From assembly GCF_963921235.1 (NCBI RefSeq), contig NC_086097.1:141236001-141300000 (forward strand): 64,000 bases of DNA, written 5' to 3'. The position numbers and the translations under genes are program-made. Origin of the DNA: Mobula hypostoma (Eukaryota). Below, in pieces: positions 12,335 to 23,441 of this stretch. The notes below the pieces were generated by a model. The model saw nothing but the letters and a program-made list of their open reading frames with translations. It did no database searches and was not told the DNA's origin. Every line of letters starts with the position of its first letter. Position 1 is the stretch's first letter.

Positions 12335-13571
12335 TGTCATAAGGAGGTGGCTTGGAACGGACCCAAGTGTAAGGCACAGACACTGAAGTAGGATACAGGG
12401 TGAGGGTAAGGGCATGGATACGAAAACCGTGAACCCGGAACACGACTGGAAAAAAGAGCTAGGAGCCCGGGCTTGGACTCTGACCCAGAGACTGGACAAG
12501 AACCCAGTACCTGGGTCTTGCCTCTGGCTCGGACCCCAGAACTAGTCAAGGACGAGGCTTGGACTGCAGGCAGGACAAGGTTGGAGTTCAGGCTTGAGGC
12601 TAGAGACTAGAGGCGAGGCTTGGCACGAGGAAGAAGTCTGCAGTCTTCAGGCTTGAGGCTAGAGACTAGAGACGAGGCTTGGCAGGAGGCTGGAGGCTAG
12701 AGACTAGAGGCGAGGCTTGGCAGGAGGCTGGAGACTAGAGGCGAGGCTTAGCTGGAGGGTGAAGACTTCAGGCGAGGCTTGGCTGGAGGGTGGAGACTTC
12801 AGGCGAGGCTTGGCTGGAGGCTGGAGACTTCAGGCGAGGCTTGGCTGGAGGCTGGAGACTTCAGGCGAGGCTTGGCTGGAGGCTGGAGACTTCAGGCGAG
12901 GCTTGGCTGGAGGATGGAGACTTCAGGCGAGGCTGGGCAGGAGGCTGGAGGCTAGAGGCTTGGCTGGAGACTGGAGGCTAGAGGCTCCTCCTAGGCAGGG
13001 CGCGGTACTCCTGGGCAGGACATGGATCACCACCCGATGGAGGCAAGGGACAGGAAGGGACAGAACCAACTGTAGGTAACGGCAATACGGCCTAGCTTAC
13101 CCAACGGAGATTAGGGACAGGAACGGACAGAACCAGACGCAGGGTAATGGCAAGACAGCCTGACTTACCCGGCAGAGGCAAGGGACAGGAAGGGAGCTAG
13201 GTACAGTATGGCTCCAGGACAAGACTGCAGGCGAGACGAGGCGAGAGTTACCAGCAAGACAAGGCAAGGCTTCAGGCAATGCAAGGCGAGACGGGAACTT
13301 CAGATGAGGTGAGAGTTACTGGTAACACAAGGCAGGGCTTCAGGCAAGGAAACAGAAGGCAGAGGAAGGGATGCAAGGAGTAAGGACAAGAACAATCCAA
13401 CAGCCACACCCTGGTCTCTGAAGGTATTTATGCAGCCCTCCCCAACGAGCATCAGCTGGCTCAATTAGAGGTCAACAAGAACAGAAACAGGGTAGACAGG
13501 AAGTCCTGGAGCAAGGGGCGATGGACCAGACCGTGAACCGTAATACGGACTTCACGGACCGGACCATGACA
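12335..13571 (-). mobile_element. Solo LTR, 5-bp TSD TGAAC, with 6 x 31-bp minisatellite (12745-12930)
   Basis: TGTCA...TGACA ends; TGAAC at 12330-12334 and 13572-13576; empty sites near 26665 and 37985. Confidence 0.85.
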
Positions 13572-13704
13572 TGAACACTTTTCACAAACTCTATCTCATC
13601 CAGTTCTTTTACAGTTTGGGAGTCCCAATCAATACGCAGAAAGTTAAAATCACCCACTATCTCAACCTGAACACTGGAGATTCTGCAGAAGCCAGAAATC
13701 CAGA

Positions 13705-13908
13705 GTAACACATAAAAAATCCTGGTTGAACTCATGAGGTCAGGTTTTTCTAAAAAAAGGAATAAAGCGTCAATTGTTCAGGCCAAGACCATTCATCAGG
13801 ACCCTTCATGAATCCTGAGGAAGGGTCTCAGCCAAAAACATTGACTGTTTATTCTTTTGTAGTTGCTGCCTCCCCTGCTGAGTTACTCCTGCATCTTGTA
13901 TGTGTTAC
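13705..13908. repeat. Inverted pair of Penelope-like terminal fragments; paralogs at about 26786-26995 and 38117-38325
   Basis: GTAACACA...GGCCAAGACCATTCATCAGGA mirrored by TCCTGAGGAAGGGTCTCAGCC...TGTGTTAC. Confidence 0.6.
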
Positions 13909-14279
13909 TGTAACAACCTTATATTTCTTGCAACTGTCTGCTATCTCCCTATGAATTTGTTCCTCCAAGTCCTGCTGACTATTAGAAACTCTATAAAGTC
14001 CCATGAACATGATCATCCATTTTTTATTCCACAAATTCATGAAAATTGCCCTTGGCAGATGAGCCTTCCGTACATCATCTAAGCATTGCTGTGACATTAT
14101 CTCTGAGGAGTAATATGAGTACTCCCTCCCCCTTTAATACCTGCTTCTCTGACATGTCTAAATCAGCAGAATGCCAGAACATTGGGCTGTCAGACTTCCC
14201 CGTCATGTAACCATTTCTCAATAAAGGTTTCAACATCGTAAGTCCACACATGGCTCCATGCTCTATGTGCATTAGCCTT

Positions 14280-15543
14280 GGGGTGTATGGGGTGTCAGGG
14301 AGGGGTAGCACCTCTGGTGGGGGAACATGTCCCGTCCTTTTCAAGCCAGTTAGTCCGCCTTTGACCCCCATCTGGCACTCAAATCTCACCTGCGCCTCCC
14401 CGTAGCAGTTTGCATGCGACAGCGGCCACACCCTGGGCAACAGCTTCGACAAGCCGGCTAAACCATGGGAGGGTAGCCGACGGGTCTCAAACCTTCAGTG
14501 CGATAAGAGAGTTGTCTATCCCAGCATGTGAAGACAGACTCCGGCGGATTGAGCGGACAAGACCAAAGGTCCAACGGTCAAGAAGACGGTCTCTGCAAGC
14601 ATCGTAGAACGTGTAGAGCAGGTCAAATAGTCATAGTCATAGTCATAGTCATAGTCATAGTCATACTTTATTAATCCCGGGGGAAATTGGTTTAAGTTAC
14701 AGTTGCTCCATAAATAATAAATAGTAATAGAACCACAAATAGCTAAATAGTAATATGTAAATTATGCCAGTAAATTATGAAATAAGTCCAGGACCAGCCT
14801 ATTGGCTCAGGATGTCTGTCCCTCCAAGGGAGGAGTTGTAAAGTTTGATGGCCACAGGCAGGAATGACTTCCTATAACGCTCAGTGTTGCATCTCGGTGG
14901 AATGAGTCTCTGGCTGAATGTACTCCTGTGCCCACCCAGTACATTATGTACCAAGATGGCATGCAACTTAGACAGCATCGTCTTTTCAGACACCACCGTG
15001 AGAGAGACCAGTTCCATCCCCCAAATATCACTGGCCTTACGAATGAGTTTGTTGATTCTGTTGGTGTCTGCCACCCTCAGCCTGCTGCCCCAGCACACAA
15101 CAGCAAACATGATAGCACTGGCCACCACAGACTCGTAGAGCATCCTCATCATCATCCGGCAGATATTAAAGGATCTCAGTCTCCTCAGGAAATAGAGACG
15201 GCTCTGACCCTTCTTGTAGACAGCCTCAGTGTTCTTTGACCAGTCCAGTTTATTGTCAATTCGTATCCCCAGGTATTTGTAATCCTCCACCATGTCCACA
15301 CTGACCCCCTGGATAGAAACAGGGGTCACGACAAGACACAGAAGACGTCCTGGTCATCCACTGCCACTATTCCCATCTCCAGTCGTCTCGACTCTGTCCT
15401 GCCACTGGACCCAGATGGGAATTGGGTAGAGAGAGTGAGGCTGACGCTGCGCAACTCTCCCTCACTTAAATCCAAACCACGCGCCAGTCCAAACGCCATA
15501 ATACTGGTGTCAAGGTCCTCATCGATGTCGACGATGGACGAAC
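14280..15543. mobile_element. Unclassified non-coding insertion of about 560 bp, 11-bp TSD GCATTAGCCTT, hosting a nested Rex1 fragment
   Basis: TSD at 14269-14279 and 15544-15554; empty site near 27350. Confidence 0.75.
14626..15329 (-). mobile_element. 5-prime-truncated Rex1/Babar LINE with (GACTAT)6 tail
   Basis: ORF 14799-15329: YKYLGIRIDNKLDWSKN...SRLYFLRRLRSF...RCNTERYRKSFLPVAIKLYN; ATAGTC x6 at 14627-14662. Confidence 0.8.
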
Positions 15544-16861
15544 GCATTAGCCTTACCTACAACTGTCCTTGTCTTGCAATAGATGAAACTCAAACCACCC
15601 TGCTCAATCTTGCAGTTTCCATCTCTGCTTAAAAACGAAAAATGCCGCAGATGCTGGAAATCCAAAGCAACATCTACAAAATCTTTGATTGTAGTCATGA
15701 CATCTCTTTTTTTCCACAACCACTTCATTGCTGTCCTGCCACTCGGGATACCATCCCTGTTAAACATTAGGTTGAACATTTCCGAGCAGGATTAGCAAAC
15801 CTTCCTGTGAGGATATTGGTTCCTCTCCAGTTTGGGTGAAAACTGTTCTAATTGCAGAGATCCCACCTGCCCTGGAATAGAGTTCAGTGATCCAGAAACG
15901 CTGAAACCCTCTCCAATGCACCATCTGCTTAGTCACGTGTTCAACTGCACTGTCTTCCTAATTCTTTACCTCACTAGCATGGATAGCTTCATCTCCATCT
16001 TGGAGGTCCTGTCTTTCAACTTCGTACCTTATTCCCTGAACCCATTTTGCAAGTCCTCATCACTTTTCCTGCTTATATCATTTGTATCAATATATACCAT
16101 GACTTATTGCTTCTCACTCTCTCACTTAAGATGGCTATGGACTCAATTCAAGATATGTCTGATCCTCTATACCTGGGAGGCAATATACCATGCAAGAGTC
16201 TTTTTCTTTTCTCAGGTCCTCCTGTCTGTTTCACTGACCAGTGCTAACCAATGACCTCCATCACTACTACTGACCTCTTCTTCCTCCCCCACCAACCTTC
16301 CTTGCTGAACAAAAGAGACATACTGAGTGCCGAGACCACTGAGCACTGTGGTGGGTCATCTCCCTAAAACTATATAAAATGATAAACCTGCTCAGGGGCA
16401 TGGCCACAGGGGTATTCTGCACTGTCTGCCAATAACTCTTCCCTCTCTTCATGATCACCCAACTACCTGTTTCCAGCAACACCGTCTCTCTGTAACTCCT
16501 ATGAACCCCTCAATTTTCTGAATGAACTGAAGGTCATCTAGCATCAACTCCAATTCCCTAGTACAGTTTGTCAATGTGTCATGGTCCGGTCCGTGATGTC
16601 CGTATTCCGGTTCACGGTCCGGTCTATCGACCCTTGCTCCAGGTTTTCCTGGCTACCCTGTTTCTGGCTTGTTGGGCTCTAATTCAGTCAGCTGATGCTC
16701 GTAGGGGCTGGCTGCATAAATACCTTCAGAGACCAGGGTGTGGCTGTTGGATTGTTCTTGTCCTTACTCCTTGTATCCCTTCCTCTGCCTTCTGTTTCCT
16801 CGCCTGAAGCCTTGCCTTGTCTTGACGGTAACTCTCACCACACCTGAAGTTCTCGTCTCGC

Positions 16862-18839
16862 TGTCATGGTCCGGATCGGGGTCCCTTTAAATTTACCTTG
16901 TTTATGTTACGATCCGAACCGTTGATTGTCTGTTTTCCCGTGTCCCTCGACTTCGGTGATTAGAGGCAATTAACGCTCGGCTGAACCGGTAGTTTATCTT
17001 CTCCGGCTTTCAGCCGTTCGGCGCGGGAACGTCTGCAAAGTCACTTAAGGTACGGTGTGCCGATGTCATCTGGACGGAGCAAGCCTAGTCTCTGCCGAAA
17101 CCAGTGCCGGTAATTCGCCTTTTCCTCACTGGAGCAACCCTGTCCAGTTACCTCGCCAAATCGAGCCCGCAAAGTTTCCTCACCGAGGTGGGTCCATCAG
17201 TTAACCCGCCTGAGGGAATCAAGAAAAGCTGTCTACTGTTCCCGGGCTGAGTCGAGAGCTCGCCACTATCCTGAGGCTCCAAGTCAAGTCCTGTCTCCGG
17301 CGGCATTCAAGCACCAAGTCAAGTCCTGGACCTGGCGGCATTCTAGCACCAAGCCAAGTCCTGGACCTGGCGGCATTCTAGCACCAAGCCAAGTCCCGGC
17401 CCTGGCGGCATTCTAGCACCGAGTCAAGTCCCTGCCCTGACGGCATTCTAGCACCGAGTCAAGTCCCGTCCCTGGCGGCATTCTAGCACCGAGTCAAGTC
17501 CCGGCCCTGACGGCATTCTAGCACCGACCTAAGTCCCGTCCCTGGCGGCATTCCCGTCCCTGGCGGCATTCTAGCACCGAGCCAAGTCCCGTCCCTGGCG
17601 GCATTCTAGCACCGAGCCAAGTCCCGTCCCTGGTGGCATTCCAGCACCAAGTCAAGTCCCGTCCCTGGCAGCATTCCAGCACCGAGTCAATTGCCGACCC
17701 TAGCGGCATCCTAGCACCGAGTCAATTCCCGTCCCTGGCGGCATCCTAACACCGAGTCAAGTCCCGTCCCTTGGCATGCTAGCACCGAGTCAAGTCACGG
17801 TCCTGGCGGCATTCTAGCACCGAGCAAAGTCCCGGCCCTGGCGGCATTCTAGCACTGAGCCAAGTCCCGTCCCTGGCGGCATTCTAGCACCGAGCCAAGT
17901 CCCGGTCCTGGCGGCATTCTAGCACCGAGCCAAGTCCCGGTCCTGGCGGCATTCTAGAACTGAGCCAAGTCAAGTCCCGTCCCTGGCGGCATTGTAGCAC
18001 CGAGTCAAGTCCCGTCCCTGGCGGCATTCTAGCACCGAGTGAAGTCCCGCCCCTGGCGGCATTCTAGCACCGAGTCAAGTCATGGACCTGGCGGCTTCCC
18101 AGTTCTGAATCAAGTCCTGGCCCTGGCGGTCTGTGATTCCTGTCCTACCCCCTTGTCTGTATCCCTTCTCTGCCCCTCTCGCCTCCAGCCCTCGTCCGCA
18201 GCCCCCGCCTGCACTTCGGTCTAGTTCCATCTCCGAAGCTAGATAGGTACCGTCTGGTGTTCATTCGTGTTGGTCTTGTCTTCTATTGTCCTCGCCTCCG
18301 TGGAGTAAGTCTTGCCGTTGCCACGCGGAGGTTCATGAGTCCCGGCCCTATGTCCTGTACCCAAGGATGGGTCCTGGCTCTCTGTTCTGTGTGTGAGTCG
18401 CAGCCCTATGTCCTGTAGCCAAGGAGGGGTCCCGGTTCTCTATTCTGTGTATGTGTCCATGATTCCATGTACCTGCTCCCCCGAGACCGAGGCTCTGTGT
18501 TCCCATGTTCCTCCTCTCCCAAGCCCATGTCATGTCCTTGCCTGGTTCTGGGGTTCGAGCCCAAGGCAAGGCCCAGGTACTGGGTCCTTGCTCAGTCTTG
18601 GGCTCTGAGTCCATACCCCAGCCTCTTCATGTCTCCTCTCATTCTGGGATCCGATTCCGAGTCCTAGCCCAGACCCTTGGTCCCAGCCTAGTCGTAGTCC
18701 TCAGTCCTTGTCCAGTTCGCTACTCCTGCTCCTGCCTAGCTCTCCTGATATCGAACAATAAACTAAATTTAATCAACCTCACAAGATGTGTCTTGCATTT
18801 GGGTCCACTCTTGCTCCCTATGCCCCCGCCATTGTGACA
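16862..18839 (+). mobile_element. Nested LTR-like element (TSD CTCGC/CTTGC)
   Basis: TGTCATGG...TGTGACA ends; 5-bp TSD with one mismatch. Confidence 0.75.
17281..18095. repeat. 35-bp minisatellite, roughly 22-23 copies (AAGTCCCGTCCCTGGCGGCATTCTAGCACCGAGTC)
   Basis: Direct head-to-tail units without spacers. Confidence 0.9.
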
Positions 18840-19599
18840 CTTGCCTTCCATTGCCTGTAGCCTAGCCTTGTCTTGCTGGTAACTCTCGCCTCGCCTCGCC
18901 TGCAGACTTGTCTTGGAGCCACCCTGTACCTAGCTCCCTTCCTGTCCCTTGCATCCGCCCAGGTAAGCCAGGCCGTCTCGCCGCTACCTGCAGTTGGTTC
19001 TGTCCCTTCCTGTCCCATGCCTCCGTCGGGTGGTGATCCACGCCCTGCCCAAGCGTACCGCGCCCTGCCCCGGAGGAGCCTTGCCGGCCTCAAGCCTGAA
19101 GGCTCCGGCCCGCTGCCCGGCCTCAAGCCTGAAGGCTCCGGCCCCCAGCCTCCTGCCTCTTGCCAAGCCTCGCCTCAAGTCACTGGCCTCCTGCCTCCTG
19201 CCTAGCCTCGCCTCAAGTCTCTAAGACTCCAGCCCCATCCTGCCTGCCAGCCAAGCCTAGTCCTTGCCTAGTTCTGGGGTCCGAGCCAGAGGCAAGACCC
19301 AGGTACTGGGTCCTTGTCCAGTCTCTGGCTCGGAGTCCAAGCCTGGGCTCCTAGCTGTTTTGTCCAGTCCTGTTTCAGGTTCCCGGTTTTCCTGTCCATG
19401 TCCTTGCCATCGCCCTGTGTCCTAGTCCTGTCCCTAGTACTTCAGTGTCTGTGTCTTGCAGTAGGATCCGTTCCCAGCCACCGCCTTATGACGCAATGTG
19501 GATGCACTTATCACAGGTATAGACATCTCCCTAACTTCCACATCATGCAGGAGAAGCACAACACTGCTCTAGGTTCTATTCCCACTGGTCTCTCTGTAT

Positions 19600-21600
19600 A
19601 ACAATAAAGAAAGGAGTTAGAAGAACTTAAACTCGTAGAAGTTTATAAAATCATGAGGGGTATAGACGGGTCATAGCCTTTTCCCCAGGATTGGAGAGGC
19701 AAAAACTAGAGGACACTGATACAAGATAATATAAGAGATTTAAAAGAGACCTAAAATGTAATTTCTGTATGCAAAGGATAGTGAGCTACCTGAGGACATT
19801 GAGATGGTGCATTTGTAATGTTTAAGATGTATTTGCATAGGTAAATGGAAGGAAAGGGCTTGAAGGACTATGAGACTAATGCAGCAGCTGAAACTAGCAG
19901 GGATAATGTTGTGTTCAGCATGGACCATTTAGGCCGAAAGACCTATATCCAGGCTATGTTGCTCTATGATTCTATGAAATACAAACATAAAACGCTTGAA
20001 GTATTCATATGGTCACCAGATTGAATCCTGGGATGGCAGGACTCTCATATGATGAAAGACTGGATCGACTGGGTTTATACTCTCTGGAATTTAGAAGATT
20101 GAGGGGGGGATATTATTGAAACATATAAAATTCTAAAGGGATTGGACAGTCTAGATGTAGGAAGATTGTTGGGGAAGTCCAAAACGAGGGGTCACAGTTT
20201 GAGGATAAAGGTGAAGCCTTTTAGGATCGAAATGATGGAAAAATTTCTTCACACAGAGAGTGGTGAATCTGGAATTCTCTGCCACAGGATACAGTTGAGG
20301 CCAGTTCACTGGCTTTATTTAACAGGGAGTTAGATATGGCCCTTGTAGCTAAAGGGATCGAGGGTATGGAGAGAAGGTAGGTACAGGGTTCTGAGTTGGA
20401 TGATCACCCATGATCATACTGAATGGCAGTGCAGGCTCGAAGGGCCGAATACCCTACTCCTGCATCAATGTTCTATGTCTCTATGTTTCTATGGTATCTG
20501 TGTAAAGAGAAACAGAGTCAAGGGCAGTCAAAGATAGCATAAAAGCAAAAGATAGAGCAGGAAGTCTGCAAAAGGACTAGGATAGATTATGACAATGGAC
20601 AAAAAGTGGCAGATGAAACACAGTGTTGCGAAGTGTATGGCCATGTACTTTGGTAGAAGGAATAAAGGCACAGAATATTCTCTGAAGAGAGGGAGAAAGC
20701 AGAAACCGAATGTGCAAGAAGACTTCAGAGTTCTGGTGCAGGATTCCCAAAAGGCTAACTTGCTGTTTGATTCAGTATTGGAGAAGGCAAATGCAAGGAC
20801 CGCAATCATTTCGAGGGGTCTGGAATATAATCAGAATAGAATGGGAATCAGGTTTAATATCACTGTCATAGGACGTGGAACTTGTTATATTGCAGCTGCA
20901 GTACAGTGCAATGTATAATAAAAACTATAAATTACAATAAGATATATATTAAATTAAGTAACTAGCGAAAAACAGAGCAAAGCAAGAAAAAACAGTGAGG
21001 TAGCCCATGTGGATTAATTGTCCATTCAGATATCTAGTAAATAAAAAATTGTAATGTTGAGTCTTCATAGGAGATTGGTAGACAATACATGGAGTATTGT
21101 GATTAATTTTGGCTCCATATCCGAGAAAGTATGTCCTGGCATTAGAAAGGGTCCAGAGGAGGTTTAAGAGAATGGCTCCAGGAATGAAAGGGTTATCACA
21201 TAAGGAACGTTTGATGGTACCAGGCCTGTTCTCGCTGGAGCCTAGAAGACTAAGGGATATCTCTTTGAAACCTACTGAATATGTAAAGGCCTGGACGATG
21301 AGAGGATTTTCCAGTAGTGGGAGAGTCCAGGACCAAAGGGCACAGACACATAATAGAACCTCATTTCAGAACAGAGACGAGGAGGAATCTCTGAGAATCT
21401 GTCAAACTCATTGACACAAACGGCCATGAGGGCCAAGTTATTAGGTTTATTGAAGCCGAGGCTGATAGGTATTTGATTAGTCATGGTGTCAAAGGGAACT
21501 CGGAGAAGACAAAGAAATAGGGCTGAAAGGGAAAAGGTAACAGATATGATTAAATGGCCGAGCTGATTCAATGGATCGAATGGCCTAATCCTACTCCTGT
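19600..21600 (+). mobile_element. CR1 ORF2 fragments, including a younger CR1 3-prime end with TTCTATG-type tail (about 20005-20492); paralogs at about 28510-29990, 40490-41710, 45400-46700 and 56935-57800
   Basis: KKWQMKHSVAKCMAMYFGRRN; LALERVQRRFKRMAPGMKGLSHKERL. Confidence 0.7.
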
Positions 21601-22540
21601 GTCTTATCGTCTTACGGCTGGGAGAGCGATTGCAGTCGGAGCATGTACACAGGAAGTTTCTGAATCGATTAACCTAACCTGTCCTAAAGGAGTTATCAGA
21701 AGGAGAAATTGTTAACGAATGAGTTGATTTAAGGAGAAGGTTTGCAACCAGGACCTGGTTAGTTATGTCACTTGGACCTTTACAGCAACAGGAAAGAGGG
21801 CCCTGAGCATTCGATAAAGGACGTACACTGCCCAGGCACCGCGGTAGCGTAGCGATTAGCGCGACGCTATTACAGCTTCGGGTTGTAAATTGTTCCGTGA
21901 TTGGGTTACGGTTAATACCGTTTCTCGGGGGTGATTGGGCCTTCTTTGTGCTGTATCGCTAAATAAACAAATTAGATATCGTCCTTTCAAATTTCACAGC
22001 GGAAGCCAATGTAAGTTAATATTTACCGACAGGTTCCTCCCATTTGGAATAATTAAAACCACGTTAATAGGGAAAGATGAACAGATTCACAGACATGGTG
22101 CAGATGGCATTCGGTTCATCAAACATCCCACCCAACGGAACGTACACGGAAGACGGTCGCGGCGACGGGGGCGGATGCGAGACGGGTCCAGGGTCGGCAC
22201 TTTAAGAGCGCGTGTGGGGAGGATAGCGCTCTCCTTGCTCTGCCACAGACTCCGGAGACAAGAGATTAGAGAAAGTGAAGGTCAAGATGGAGAAACCGGG
22301 GGTGTCTGTGAGAATTATCTCCAAGTATTCCTGACGTCTGAAGGCGCCGAGCAACGCTCCAACCCAACTCCCCCGTCCGCCGCTCTGAAGCCACTTGCTC
22401 CAACTATGGTGTTCGTCGGGAAATTTCGGGAATGTCACAAAACCGCGATAAAGGGAGGATAAATATTTTAAATATGTTGACGTGTAACTGAAAAGACAAC
22501 TGGCAGGAGATGACTAATTTGGGAAAGTTTTGGGACGGAA

Positions 22541-22810
22541 CGGTACCGGATCGGTTAGTGTAACGCTATTATAGCGCCAGCAACCAAGGTTAAATTCCGT
22601 CGTTGTCCTGAAAGGAATTTGTACGTTCTTCCTGTGACCGCGTGGGTTTCGTCCGGCTGCTCCGGTTTCCTCCCACGTTCAAAAGACGTAAGGATTAGTA
22701 GCCGCCCAAACCAACATACACAAAATGCTGCAGGAACTCAGCAGGCCAAGCAGCACTTACGGAAAAGAGTAAATAGTCGACGTTTCGGGCCGAAACCCTT
22801 TTTCAGGACT
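22541..22810. mobile_element. V-SINE remnant (22541-22701) plus Penelope-like remnant with decayed hammerhead (22775-22810); paralogs at about 30972-31241, 47597-47854 and 58743-59016
   Basis: tRNA-like head, V-domain core, then the PLE end; same cassette upstream of V1, V3, V4, V5 and the empty slot. Confidence 0.65.
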
Positions 22811-23034
22811 CAGATGAACAGAATCCGTGAGGAGTCCTTCAGCATCTGCAAAATTTCTCCTGTTTGTGGGTTAGTAGGTTAATTGATCACATTGTTGGAA
22901 TTGGATGGCCCGTGCTTGTTGGCCCCGAAAGGCCTGTTATCGTGACGGATTTCTTCATGTTAAGCGAGAGCAAGTTCGAACAGAAAAAAAAAATCGTCTA
23001 GTGAACTGCTGTGAAATTCTAACAAAATCTCAAT

Positions 23035-23193
23035 TTATGCAAAGGAAATAATGGTGTGTCGTTTTCAAATGGGGGTGGTAGGCGTGGTCTGTGACACGTT
23101 GAGAGAAAGTGGGACGTGAGGCGTGCTGTTATTTATAACTAACCAGACCACGTCCAAATCCGTGTCAAATACAGTCACAACTCGACAAACACC
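23035..23193 (+). promoter_or_regulatory. V3 pseudogene proximal promoter (TATTTATAA 23130-23138)
   Basis: Paralog of the V promoter block. Confidence 0.55.
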
Positions 23194-23441
23194 ATGTGGC
23201 TGGGTTGCGTGGCTTTTGTGATACTTTTCCTCCGTTAGTTGATTGATTTTCATCCGTTTACCCTCTGTTTGCTTCAGACTTTTAAACATGTTCTGAGTTT
23301 GATTTCTATTTCCACAGGCAAATGTCTCGGTGCTGAATTGATACAGTCTCCGAGGTCCATCACCAAAAACGTGGGCAAATCTGCCGTCATGAGCTGCGAT
23401 CTGAGCAGTGAGCACGGACTATGTCCACTGGTACCGGCAGC
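23194..23441 (+). pseudogene. TRGV: TRGV pseudogene V3: intact leader and intron, V exon frameshifted in CDR1 and deleted from FR2 through the RSS
   Basis: Leader 23194-23233, intron 23234-23317, FR1 present. 2-nt loss near 23407 relative to V5. After TACCGGCAGC the sequence jumps to the post-RSS flank (AGAGGTCACACG). Confidence 0.88.

Larger units (their letters stand above)
16577..19493 (+). mobile_element. Solo LTR (TSD CAATG) containing a nested second LTR-like element
   Basis: CAATG at 16572-16576 and 19494-19498; TGTCA...TGACG ends; empty sites near 28403 and 40378. Confidence 0.8.
10850..19600 (-). mobile_element. Long decayed CR1 LINE split by later insertions; paralogs at about 24330-28510, 35690-40490 and 55900-56935
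   Basis: Minus-strand RT motif YINDL..SISKFADDTKI, followed by endonuclease-region fragments such as VEIVGDFNFLRIDWD. Confidence 0.65.
3443..21677 (+). repeat. Segmental duplication unit carrying V2
   Basis: Anchor CCTGTCCTAAAGGAG..AGGAGAAATTGTTAACGAAT recurs at 3443, 21678, 30098, 46722 and 57864, each followed by the same ordered blocks. Confidence 0.75.

Noticed and set aside
12717-13079. Repetitive ORFs here and at 43308-43889 and 8029-8413
   Set aside because: Translations of LTR minisatellites.
17281-18095. CRISPR-like array
   Set aside because: The 35-bp units are contiguous with no unique spacers, lie inside an LTR, and the DNA is eukaryotic.
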